Source of the DNA: Patescibacteria group bacterium
Lineage (GTDB): Bacteria; Patescibacteriota; Minisyncoccia; Phycocordibacterales; JAGLPS01
Reading direction: 5' to 3'
NCBI GenBank assembly: GCA_038057845.1
Contig: JBBUCK010000041.1
Span: 1,042 to 65,041 of the forward strand
Length of the DNA stretch: 64,000 nt
Below, in pieces: positions 55,796-64,000 of this stretch. The position numbers and the translations under genes were made by a program. Position 1 is the stretch's first letter. Every line of letters starts with the position of its first letter. The notes under the pieces are model-generated. The model saw only the letters and a list, made by a program, of their open reading frames with translations, made no database searches and had not been told where the DNA came from.

Positions 55796-58528
55796 ATGGA
55801 AGATAAATCCCTATTAAAGACTACGTGGCACAGTAAGGGCGTTAAGGAGGTTATTGAATTACTATCTTCTTCAGAAGAGGGCATAAAAGAAGAAGAAGCC
55901 ATTAAGCGACTTAAAAGTGAAGGGGAAAATAAACTTCCAGAATCAAAAAGTGAGAGCATTGTCACTATCTTTTTTCGTCAGTTTCAAAGTCCACTTATTT
56001 ATATTCTCCTTATTTCTTCTCTTATAGTTTTCTTTATTGGTGAAAAAAGCGATAGCGTTATTATTCTTTTTGTCCTTATTGCTAATGCAATTATTGGTGC
56101 TGTCCAAGAGGGTAAGGCACAAAATACGTTGCGGGCATTGCAACATTTTACAAAAACAAACACCCAAGTTCTTCGTGCAGGTAGGGAATATGTTGTTGAG
56201 GATACTCACGTTGTTCCCGGGGACGTAATTCTTTTGAGAGAAGGAGACAAAGTGCCTGCGGATGCGCGCATTATAGAAATTTATAACTTCAAAGTTAATG
56301 AATCTGCGTTGACCGGTGAGTCAGAACCCATTCTTAAGAACTCTGACACATTGCACAATGAAAAGCTCCCTACTGCTGACCAGAAAAACATGGTATTCAA
56401 GGGTACGTTTGTAGTTCTTGGTACTGCGAAGGCTATAGTTATCGGCACCGGATTAAATACTGTGATAGGTACAATTGCCAAAGAACTTGCCTCCATTAAT
56501 TCTGATGTTCCTCTCAAGGATGATATTAAAAACCTTTCCAAAATTTTAAGTCTTACTATTCTTGCGACAAGCTTCTTTATTTTTATTATAGGTGTGCTTG
56601 GAGGAGTGAGTCTTAAAGAAATGTTCTTGACCGCGGTTGCAATTGCTGTGTCCGTGATTCCTGAAGGACTTCCGATTGTTATCACACTTATTCTTGCAAC
56701 CGGAGTGTATCGAATGGGCAAACAAAATGCGCTTGTCAAAAAACTTCAGGCAGTTGATGCGCTCGGGTATGCGAGTATTATTGCCGTCGATAAGACAGGT
56801 ACTGTAACCAAAAACGAGCTTATGGTCGAATCTGTGTATGTTTCTGATAAAGAATTTGAAGTAAGGGGAAACGGCTATGAGCCTCTCGGTAGTATCGCCT
56901 TCGCAGGGCAAGTGATAGACCCTCTCAATCATCCGGAACTTCTTTTTGCTGGGAAAGTAGCTTCACTAGGTTCTTCGGCGCACGTTTTTCTTTCTGAAGA
57001 AGAGAATCAATGGAAAATTACTGGAGAGCCAACAGAGGCAGCGATTCTTGTTTTCGGACAAAAAATTGGTTTTCATAAAGGTGAGCTTGAAAAAGAGACC
57101 CCTCTTATCCTTGATATTCCAGTAAGTGCGGGAATAAATTATCACAGCACACTCCATGATATGAACGGAGATGCTTTTCTTACTGTGCTCGGTGCTCCAG
57201 AGAAAATTTTTGAATTTTGTGATCACGTATGGGTTAATGGCAAGATAGAAAAATTGAGTGAAAAGGAAAAGGGAGCCTTTGAAAATATGGTTGAAAAAAT
57301 GTCAGCAAAAGGTCTACGAGTTATTGCTGGTGGAGTTTTGGAGCATGCTCCAAAGGAAATGGGAGGCAATTTCATGCCACGCCTCACACTTCTTTCACTT
57401 TATGGAATGAGTGATGTCTTACGTGAAGGAGTCAAAGAATCCATTGCAGAAGCAAAAGAAGGGGGTGTTAAGGTCGTGATGATTACGGGGGACCATAAAG
57501 TGACTGCTCGGGCAATTGCTAAAGAAGCAGGAATATGGAAAGAGGGAGATGAGATTGTGACCGGAAAAGATTTACTTGAAATGAATGAAAAAGAGCTTCT
57601 TTTAAAGATAAAAAAGACAACAGTATTTGCTCGAGTTACTCCAGAGCATAAACTGGCCATTATTGAAGGCTATCGTAAAAATGGCGAAATAATCGCTATG
57701 ACAGGTGATGGGGTCAATGACGCTCTCTCGCTTGTTGCGGCTGATTTGGGTGTTGCCATGGGCAAAATAGGAACTGAAGTGACTAAAGAAGCTGCTGACA
57801 TTGTTCTACTTGACGATAATTTCCGAAGTATTGTTTTGGCAATGGAAGAGGGGAGAAATATTTATCGAACAATTAAAAAAGTACTTCTTTACCTTTTTTC
57901 AACAGGTGTTGGAGAATTGTTTACTATTGTGTTTGCACTTTTTCTTGCCTTACCTCTTCCACTTTTACCGACGCAAATTCTTTGGCTTAATCTTATTACT
58001 GACGGCTTTCTTGTTGTCGCTATGGCTATGGAACCGAAGGAAAAACTTACTCGTTTAAAAGCGCAAAAACGAAACCGATTTCTTGTCGATTCATTAATGA
58101 TTCATCGAATTGTCCTTTTAGGTTTTACCATGACCCTTGGAACTCTCTTTCTCTTTAGCAATTTTTACGAAGCTGATTTTGTTAAGGGCTCAACTATTGC
58201 CCTCACAGCACTCGCAGTATTTCAATGGTTGAACATTTGGAATTGTCGTTCTGAAGAATCTTCAATATTTTCTACAAATCTTTTCTCCAATCCTTACCTT
58301 ATTTTGTCGACAATCGCTGTAATTGCATTGCAGCTTGTCGCAATTTATCATCCTGTCGCTCAAACCCTTCTTCATACTACGGCACTATCACTTTCTGAGT
58401 GGGCACTTATTATTATCGTTGCTTCCTCTGTTATTTTTGTTGAGGAAATAAGAAAATTTATATATCGCAATTTCAATCGTGTGCCCGGGGAGCAACATAT
58501 GCAAAAGCAAACTATCGCATCAAGATAA
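55796..58528 (+). CDS. Cation-transporting P-type ATPase (P2A, Ca2+-type)
   Basis: LTGES, IPEGLP, DKTGT, MITGD, MTGDGVND, ILWLNLITD. Confidence 0.93.
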   Translation: MEDKSLLKTTWHSKGVKEVIELLSSSEEGIKEEEAIKRLKSEGENKLPESKSESIVTIFFRQFQSPLIYILLISSLIVFFIGEKSDSVIILFVLIANAIIGAVQEGKAQNTLRALQHFTKTNTQVLRAGREYVVEDTHVVPGDVILLREGDKVPADARIIEIYNFKVNESALTGESEPILKNSDTLHNEKLPTADQKNMVFKGTFVVLGTAKAIVIGTGLNTVIGTIAKELASINSDVPLKDDIKNLSKILSLTILATSFFIFIIGVLGGVSLKEMFLTAVAIAVSVIPEGLPIVITLILATGVYRMGKQNALVKKLQAVDALGYASIIAVDKTGTVTKNELMVESVYVSDKEFEVRGNGYEPLGSIAFAGQVIDPLNHPELLFAGKVASLGSSAHVFLSEEENQWKITGEPTEAAILVFGQKIGFHKGELEKETPLILDIPVSAGINYHSTLHDMNGDAFLTVLGAPEKIFEFCDHVWVNGKIEKLSEKEKGAFENMVEKMSAKGLRVIAGGVLEHAPKEMGGNFMPRLTLLSLYGMSDVLREGVKESIAEAKEGGVKVVMITGDHKVTARAIAKEAGIWKEGDEIVTGKDLLEMNEKELLLKIKKTTVFARVTPEHKLAIIEGYRKNGEIIAMTGDGVNDALSLVAADLGVAMGKIGTEVTKEAADIVLLDDNFRSIVLAMEEGRNIYRTIKKVLLYLFSTGVGELFTIVFALFLALPLPLLPTQILWLNLITDGFLVVAMAMEPKEKLTRLKAQKRNRFLVDSLMIHRIVLLGFTMTLGTLFLFSNFYEADFVKGSTIALTALAVFQWLNIWNCRSEESSIFSTNLFSNPYLILSTIAVIALQLVAIYHPVAQTLLHTTALSLSEWALIIIVASSVIFVEEIRKFIYRNFNRVPGEQHMQKQTIASR

Positions 58529-58629
58529 AGTAATGAAGTTTCTCACAATAAGCTTTCGGGGAATTTCGCGTTTAAATTAAAATACCTTGCACCTTAATGC
58601 GAGACAGTTTATAATTATCCTCTCTAAAC

Positions 58630-58974
58630 ATGAATATTATTTTTACATGGATTCTTACCGCACTCACTCTGCTTTTAGCGCCGTACCTTCTTACAGGAAT
58701 TAAAGTAGGAAATTTTTATACAGCTCTCATTGTTTCCTTCTTTTGGGGTCTTATGAACGTTTTGGTTAAGCCAGTTATTATTCTTTTAACACTCCCTATA
58801 AACATTCTCACACTCGGGCTCTTTACTTTTGTTATAAATGGTTTTCTATTTTGGCTCATCTCAACATTTGTCCCAGGCTTTGGTGTAGCAAGTTTCTTAG
58901 ACGCAGTATTAGCAACACTTCTTATTTCTGCTGTAAGTTTTTTTGCGCAGAGAATTATTAAGAAGGAGGAATAA
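58630..58974 (+). CDS. YvlD/DUF360 ('phage holin family') membrane protein
   Basis: NVLVKPVIILLTLPINILTLGLFTFVING. Confidence 0.88.
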   Translation: MNIIFTWILTALTLLLAPYLLTGIKVGNFYTALIVSFFWGLMNVLVKPVIILLTLPINILTLGLFTFVINGFLFWLISTFVPGFGVASFLDAVLATLLISAVSFFAQRIIKKEE

Positions 58975-58989
58975 TTTAGAACGTAAATA

Positions 58990-59871
58990 ATGGTTACCGT
59001 TGTTACACATAGCGGACGTTTTCATGCTGATGAAGTTTTAGCCCTTGCGGTGCTTCGCCTCGTTCTTAAAGAGCTAAATGTTCTTCGTACACGGGACACA
59101 AACACGATTGAAAAAGCTGATTATGTTGTTGATGTGGGACGAATATATAATCCAGAAAAAAACCGTTTTGACCATCATCAAGAGGGTGGCGCGGGAGCAC
59201 GCCTCGATGGCATACCATATGCTTCTTTCGGTCTTGTGTGGAAAAAATTTGGTGCTACCCTTTGCGGTAGTAAAGAAGCTGCGGCTATTATTGAAAAGAA
59301 AATTGTTGAACCGGTTGATGCTAATGATAATGGAGTTTCTCTATGTGACTGCCCTAAAGACATTATTCCGTACAGATTTCAGGAGGTAATATTTTCATTG
59401 AGTCCGACATGGAAAGAATCTGAACATGATATTGACGTAGCTTTCCTTGATGCGGTCTCTATTTCTGAACGTGTTCTTTTACGTGAAATTAAAAAAGCGC
59501 AGGATAGTGTCGAGGGGTCAAAAATTGTTGAACGAATGCACGAGGATGCTTCCGATAAGAGAATTCTTGTAATGGATACGCATTATCCATATGAAGAAAT
59601 TACGCAAAAACTTCCTGAACTGCTCTACGTTGTGTACCCTGATTCTCAAGGGAATGGTTGGAAAGTTCAGGCAGTGCCAGATGATATAAAAGCATATACT
59701 TCCCGTAAACAATTTCCTTTAACTTGGGCTGGAAAAGAAGGAGAGGAACTTGCTGCTATTTCTGGAGTTTCCGATGCTTCTTTCTGTCATAACGCGAGAT
59801 TTCTTGCGGTAGCAAAATCAAAAGAAGGTGCACTTAAACTTGCAGAACTTGCCCTCGCGTCAGAAGATTAA
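58990..59871 (+). CDS. MYG1 family metal-dependent hydrolase
   Basis: THSGRFHADE, RTRD, VDVG, FDHHQ, DANDNG, FCH. Confidence 0.9.
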   Translation: MVTVVTHSGRFHADEVLALAVLRLVLKELNVLRTRDTNTIEKADYVVDVGRIYNPEKNRFDHHQEGGAGARLDGIPYASFGLVWKKFGATLCGSKEAAAIIEKKIVEPVDANDNGVSLCDCPKDIIPYRFQEVIFSLSPTWKESEHDIDVAFLDAVSISERVLLREIKKAQDSVEGSKIVERMHEDASDKRILVMDTHYPYEEITQKLPELLYVVYPDSQGNGWKVQAVPDDIKAYTSRKQFPLTWAGKEGEELAAISGVSDASFCHNARFLAVAKSKEGALKLAELALASED

Positions 59872-59909
59872 GTAGACTTTCCCTCCCTAAATCTATAGAC
59901 TATTTTTAT

Positions 59910-60887
59910 ATGGCATTTATTGACGAAATTCGTCTTTTCCTTAAAGCGGGAAATGGTGGCGACGGTGTTGTTCGTTGGCTCCACGAAAGAGGAAAAGAAT
60001 TTGGCGGTCCTTCCGGTGGTGATGGTGGAAAGGGAGGTAATGTCTACGCGCACGCACTGCGCGATTTAAGTGTGCTCTCACGTTATCGTTTTATACGAGA
60101 CCTTAAAGCCGAAAATGGTGGTGCGGGGGCAAAAGTAAAAAGGCACGGCGCTAACGGCAAAGACCTTATTGTCGAAGTACCTATTGGAACAGTGATTACT
60201 AATTTGAATACCGGTAGCGTTCGCTCACTTATGAAAGAAGGTGACTCCGTTCTTTTACTCGAAGGAGGAAAGGGTGGGTGGGGGAATGATCGTTTCAAAT
60301 CATCCACGAATGTTGCTCCGATGGAGGCAACCCCCGGCCTTGTTGGAGAAGAAGCGGAATTTCTTATTGAACTTGAACTTATTGCAGACGCGGGATTTAT
60401 TGGTCTTCCTAATGCAGGTAAATCAAGTCTTCTTAATACATTGACCCGTGCTCATGCAAAAGTAGGTAATTATAATTTCACCACTCTCGAACCCAACCTC
60501 GGAGATCTTTTTGGGTTCATTCTTGCCGATATCCCAGGTTTAATTGAGGGAGCGTCAGAGGGTAAAGGTTTGGGTTTTGCATTTTTACGCCATATTAAAC
60601 GAACTCGCATGCTATTCCATTGTATTTCTGTGGAAAATGAAGATCCTAAAAAGTCCTATAATACAATTAGGAAAGAACTTAAAGACTATGGGCACGACCT
60701 TTCTAGTAAACAAGAGGTGATTATTCTCACAAAAACCGACCTTGTGCCAGAAGAAACTCTCAAAAAAATGATAAAAGTAATGAAAAAACTTTCTCCTCAC
60801 ATTCTTACCGTTTCTATTCACGACCCTAATCTGGTTAAAAGTCTTAAGGATGAAATCATTAAGTTATTAAGATCGTTAGGAAACTAA
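59910..60887 (+). CDS. obgE: GTPase ObgE/CgtA
   Basis: Gly-rich Obg domain, GLPNAGKS, FTTLEPNLG, DIPG, TKTD. Confidence 0.95.
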   Translation: MAFIDEIRLFLKAGNGGDGVVRWLHERGKEFGGPSGGDGGKGGNVYAHALRDLSVLSRYRFIRDLKAENGGAGAKVKRHGANGKDLIVEVPIGTVITNLNTGSVRSLMKEGDSVLLLEGGKGGWGNDRFKSSTNVAPMEATPGLVGEEAEFLIELELIADAGFIGLPNAGKSSLLNTLTRAHAKVGNYNFTTLEPNLGDLFGFILADIPGLIEGASEGKGLGFAFLRHIKRTRMLFHCISVENEDPKKSYNTIRKELKDYGHDLSSKQEVIILTKTDLVPEETLKKMIKVMKKLSPHILTVSIHDPNLVKSLKDEIIKLLRSLGN

Positions 60888-60894
60888 AATATGT

Positions 60895-60913
60895 ACAAAG
60901 GGCGGTCCTTCGT
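60895..60913 (+). repeat. REP copy 1 (upstream of RAYT)
   Basis: ACAAAGG-GCGGT-CCTTCGT. Confidence 0.8.
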
Positions 60914-60930
60914 CTATATTAAATAATGTA

Positions 60931-61656
60931 ATGGAGAGAAAGTTCAAATTTTCACTGGGAGAATATTATCACATTTACAACAGGGGAAATGATAAGAGGT
61001 TAATTTTTCTGGATGATCACGACAGTAGACGATTCGTCCTGTTGCTGTATCTTTGTAATAGTATGGAGCCATTAGACATGCGTACTTATTTCAACGAAGG
61101 GCGGTCCTTCGTTGATCTGTTTAGTATTGCTAGAAAGAGAACATTTGTTGATATTGGTGCCTATTGCTTAATGCCAAACCATTTTCATATTCTTGTTAAA
61201 GAAAAGATTGAAAACGGTATAACAAAATTTATCGGTAAATTATTGACTGCATATTCAATGTACTTCAATAAAAGACAACAAAGAACTGGTTCTTTGTTTG
61301 AAGGAAGATTTAAAGCCAGACATGTTGATAGTGATGAATATCTTAAATATCTATTTTCTTATATACACTTAAATCCGATTAAACTTATTGATAAAGAGTG
61401 GAGGGAGAACAATATTCCAGATAGAATCAAGGCGCATAAATATCTTCAAGAATATCCTTATTCAAGCCATCTTGACTACCACCAAATCATCGTAAGGAAA
61501 GAAACAGTGATCTTAAACAAAAGCGCTTTTCCGGAGTATTTTTTACAACCAAAAGAATTCGATGCTTTTATTAGTGACTGGCTTTCTATAAAAGAATCGT
61601 TTTTACAAACAGATCTAACAAGTAAAAAAACGAAGGACCGCCCTTCGTTTGTGTGA
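60931..61656 (+). CDS. REP-associated tyrosine transposase (RAYT, Y1/HUH family)
   Basis: YYHIYNRG, AYCLMPNHFHIL (HUH), YFN, GSLFEGRF, YIHLNP, YPYSS. Confidence 0.92.
   Translation: MERKFKFSLGEYYHIYNRGNDKRLIFLDDHDSRRFVLLLYLCNSMEPLDMRTYFNEGRSFVDLFSIARKRTFVDIGAYCLMPNHFHILVKEKIENGITKFIGKLLTAYSMYFNKRQQRTGSLFEGRFKARHVDSDEYLKYLFSYIHLNPIKLIDKEWRENNIPDRIKAHKYLQEYPYSSHLDYHQIIVRKETVILNKSAFPEYFLQPKEFDAFISDWLSIKESFLQTDLTSKKTKDRPSFV
61091..61115 (+). repeat. REP copy 2 (inside the RAYT ORF)
   Basis: TCAACGAAGG-GCGGT-CCTTCGTTGA, perfect 10-bp stem. Confidence 0.85.
61628..61650 (-). repeat. REP copy 3 (inverted, at the RAYT 3' end)
   Basis: AAACGAAGG-ACCGC-CCTTCGTTT; 61630-61648 is the reverse complement of 61094-61112. 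Confidence 0.85.
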
Positions 61657-61660
61657 ACCA

Positions 61661-63067
61661 ATGAAATATATACCAACAATAGGTCTAGAAATACACGCCG
61701 AGCTTAAAACGCAGACAAAAATGTTCTGTAATTCAAAGAATGACAGCGAGGAAAAGAGGCCCAACGTCAATATATGCCCTATTTGCACGGGCCATCCCGG
61801 CACCCTTCCAGTCATTAATAAAGAGGCGGTTAAACACGTCTTAAAACTAGGACTTGCTGTGAATGGCGCACTCGCCAACTTCACGGAATTTGACCGTAAA
61901 AATTACTTTTATCCAGACATTCCTAAGGGATATCAGATTAGCCAGTATAAGCACCCCCTTGTTCTTGGTGGAGAAATTAGAGGTATTGCACTTACTCGTA
62001 TTCACCTCGAAGAAGATACTGCACGTTCTACCCATCATGGCGATTACAGCCTAGTGGATTTTAACCGTGCCGGTGTGCCTTTAATGGAACTTGTTACAGA
62101 ACCCGTTATCCACAGCGGTGGAGAGGCAGTCCTTTTCGCGCGTGAACTTCAGCTTCTCTTGCAATATCTCCACGCAGGAAATGCCAATATGGAAAAAGGT
62201 GAAATGCGTGTTGAAGCAAATATTTCGGTAAGTACTAATAAAACACTTGGGACAAAGGTGGAAGTTAAAAATCTCAACTCATTTCGTGCAGTGGAACGAG
62301 CGATTGAATATGAAATTAACCGTCAGAGCAAACTCCTTGAACAAAAGGAGAAGATTATTCAAGAGACTCGCGGTTGGGATGAAGGGAAGGGGATAACATT
62401 TTCACAACGCGCAAAAGAAGACTCTCACGACTACCGATATTTTCCTGACCCCGACATCCCTAAATTATTTATTTCTGAAGTCCCTGAATTTAATAAAGAA
62501 AAACTCTCAAAGGAACTTTCAGAGTTGCCATGGCAGAAGCGAAAACGATACTTGGAAGTTTTTGGTTTGAAAGAAACTGACGTAGAAATATTCATTCACC
62601 AAAAAGAATGGTGTGAGTTGTTTGAACAAACAATAGTAAATTTCAAAGACGACAAAAAATTAATTCAGCTTACTTCAAACTATATTGTAAGTGATTTGGC
62701 GGGACTTTCTAAAACGGGGAATACTCTTGGAAACATCACCTCCGATTCTTTGGCTTCTTTAATTCACATGATTGGAAAAGGAGAAGTGTCTTCCCGAGGC
62801 GGAAAAGATATTCTCAAAGTTCTCTATGAGAAAGGGGGGGACCCGAGAGAGCTTGCAAAAGAGATGGATTTAATCCAAAAAAGTGATGAGAACACGCTTA
62901 CTCTAATAGTCAAAAAAGTCCTAAAAAGTCATCCAAACGTTGTTGCCGAGTATAGGTCAGGAAAGGAAAATGCCCTGCAGTTTCTTATCGGTCAAGGTAT
63001 GAAGGAAAGTCAGGGAGGGGCAAATCCAGAAATTCTTTCAGAGCTTTTCAGAAAGATATTAAGTTAG
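61661..63067 (+). CDS. gatB: Asp-tRNA(Asn)/Glu-tRNA(Gln) amidotransferase subunit B
   Basis: IGLEIHAEL, PGTLP, FDRKNYFYPD, RIHLEED, DFNRAGVPLMELVTEP, EVKNLNSF, DYRYFPDPD. Confidence 0.96.
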   Translation: MKYIPTIGLEIHAELKTQTKMFCNSKNDSEEKRPNVNICPICTGHPGTLPVINKEAVKHVLKLGLAVNGALANFTEFDRKNYFYPDIPKGYQISQYKHPLVLGGEIRGIALTRIHLEEDTARSTHHGDYSLVDFNRAGVPLMELVTEPVIHSGGEAVLFARELQLLLQYLHAGNANMEKGEMRVEANISVSTNKTLGTKVEVKNLNSFRAVERAIEYEINRQSKLLEQKEKIIQETRGWDEGKGITFSQRAKEDSHDYRYFPDPDIPKLFISEVPEFNKEKLSKELSELPWQKRKRYLEVFGLKETDVEIFIHQKEWCELFEQTIVNFKDDKKLIQLTSNYIVSDLAGLSKTGNTLGNITSDSLASLIHMIGKGEVSSRGGKDILKVLYEKGGDPRELAKEMDLIQKSDENTLTLIVKKVLKSHPNVVAEYRSGKENALQFLIGQGMKESQGGANPEILSELFRKILS

Positions 63068-63111
63068 TCAAAAGTCTTAAAACAGAGACTTTATGAGTCT
63101 ATAGGTTTGGA

Positions 63112-63141
63112 AAAGTCATCTCGGGTACCCGAGATGACTTT
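63112..63141. repeat. Perfect 30-bp palindrome, possibly a bidirectional terminator
   Basis: AAAGTCATCTCGGGT|ACCCGAGATGACTTT; a half copy ACCCGAGATGAC at 63380-63391. Confidence 0.75.
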
Positions 63142-63189
63142 GTTTTAAGACATATTTTACTCTTAATCTTCTATACTTAATAAAAGGCA

Positions 63190-63211
63190 GCCTGTTTGTC
63201 GACAGGTAGGC
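63190..63211. repeat. Degenerate CCTG-type REP-like palindrome
   Basis: GCCTGTTTGTC|GACAGGTAGGC, with all three mismatches G:T on the plus strand. Confidence 0.5.
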
Positions 63212-63459
63212 TTGCTACAGGGATTAAGGTGTAATGAAAACTTTTCCTAAACCCTGCACTCTTCAGAAAGAGCTAAGGGGGTATTTGGCTACCGAAAAAA
63301 GGAAATTAAGACACTCTACAGCAAACCATGCCGAGTACAAAAGGGTTTCATTAACCTTAACACTTTTGATCTTTTACTCACCCGAGATGACCTTTATTAT
63401 CAACACTTTTATTTGTATATCTGTTTCATCTCTTTTTCTAAAGAGATATACTTTAAGTA

Positions 63460-64000
63460 ATGTCAGATAATCTCATTATAAGAGGAGAAAAGTATATCTC
63501 GGCTAGACGAGCCGGTGAAATTGTAAAATATCAGAGGGACTATATCGGCCAACTTTGTCGTGCTGGTAAAGTCGAATGTTCATTTATTGGGCGTGGATGG
63601 TTTGTAAGCGAACGTTCCATCGTTAATCATAAAAATTATTATGCCCCTGAAAATGCTCCTTCTCGCATACCAATAAATAAAATCGTTCCAGTTCAAGTTC
63701 AAACCAACTCTTTTAACGAAGAAGAACAGATTCCTGTTAAAACAACTATCCCAGAAATTACATCACAAGAAGATGTCTCTCAAAATGAAGAAAGAACCCA
63801 ACCTGCAGAGGGTCTTTCTATTCCTGTTTCAGAACAAATTCCAGAACAAAATTTAGCGCTGCAAGAAACCCCCGATATCCTTTCCCAAGTTTCTCAAGCT
63901 TTATCTGGGATTATCCAAGATGTTGAAATATCTGCGCCCAAACATCATCAATCCTTTTTTCCGACTGTTTCTTTTTCTAATGCTCTTGCAACTTTTATCA
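63460..64000 (+). CDS. 3'-truncated protein with an N-terminal excisionase-like HTH followed by an acidic/Pro-rich linker
   Basis: MSDNLIIRGEKYISARRAGEIVKYQRDYIGQLCRAGKVECSFIGRGWFV...; frame open to the window end (missing from the ORF track because there is no stop). Confidence 0.8.
   Translation, partial: MSDNLIIRGEKYISARRAGEIVKYQRDYIGQLCRAGKVECSFIGRGWFVSERSIVNHKNYYAPENAPSRIPINKIVPVQVQTNSFNEEEQIPVKTTIPEITSQEDVSQNEERTQPAEGLSIPVSEQIPEQNLALQETPDILSQVSQALSGIIQDVEISAPKHHQSFFPTVSFSNALATFI

Noticed and set aside
58630-58974. Prophage (holin annotation)
   Set aside because: DUF360/YvlD is a common chromosomal membrane protein; neighbours are housekeeping genes and no phage genes are present.
63234-63470. 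78-aa ORF
   Set aside because: No motifs; overlaps the better-supported ORF starting at 63460 and spans repeat/promoter-like DNA.
1-64000. Alternative genetic code (UGA=Gly) as in Gracilibacteria/Absconditabacteria
   Set aside because: Conserved genes are full length in code 11 and several end in TGA with ATGA overlaps.

Overview
AT-rich chromosomal window with the gene content and compact, mostly Shine-Dalgarno-less organisation typical of a Patescibacteria/CPR (Parcubacteria-like) genome. The taxon is an inference; TGA is used as stop, so the code is standard. About 5.4-46 kb is a large mosaic surface-glycan locus: many GT4/GT2/GT11/GT-C glycosyltransferases, methyltransferases, an AsnB-like amidotransferase, wzm/wzt, rmlABD, fcl, an intein-containing gmd and an O-antigen ligase. 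It is flanked by a DUF4015 hydrolase, a VirD4/HerA-like ATPase and a lamin-tail/PKD protein on the left. On the right lie murB, secA, SPFH, DedA, Trx/DsbB, AI-2E, a P-type ATPase, MYG1, obgE, a REP-associated tyrosine transposase and gatB. The most striking unexplained structure is non-coding. (1) Two paralogous four-helix-bundle (Avd/23S-IVP-like) genes are each bracketed by inverted arms of a 7-9 nt AAAGTC/GACTTT tandem repeat that overlap start and stop codons, and gene-less 'empty' versions of the same cassette also occur. (2) A family of ATCCCG...CGGGAT inverted-repeat elements sits exactly on start codons and duplicates the ATG. (3) A family of CCTG-CCCGCC...GGCGGG-T palindromes is present, two of which sit in stacked, synonymously diverged copies of a gene's 3' end. 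(4) A circularly permuted inverted RNA-like motif lies upstream of murB, followed later by an unannotated 26-aa Lys/Arg-rich microprotein. All calls are by eye from sequence motifs; no database searches or folding calculations were run.
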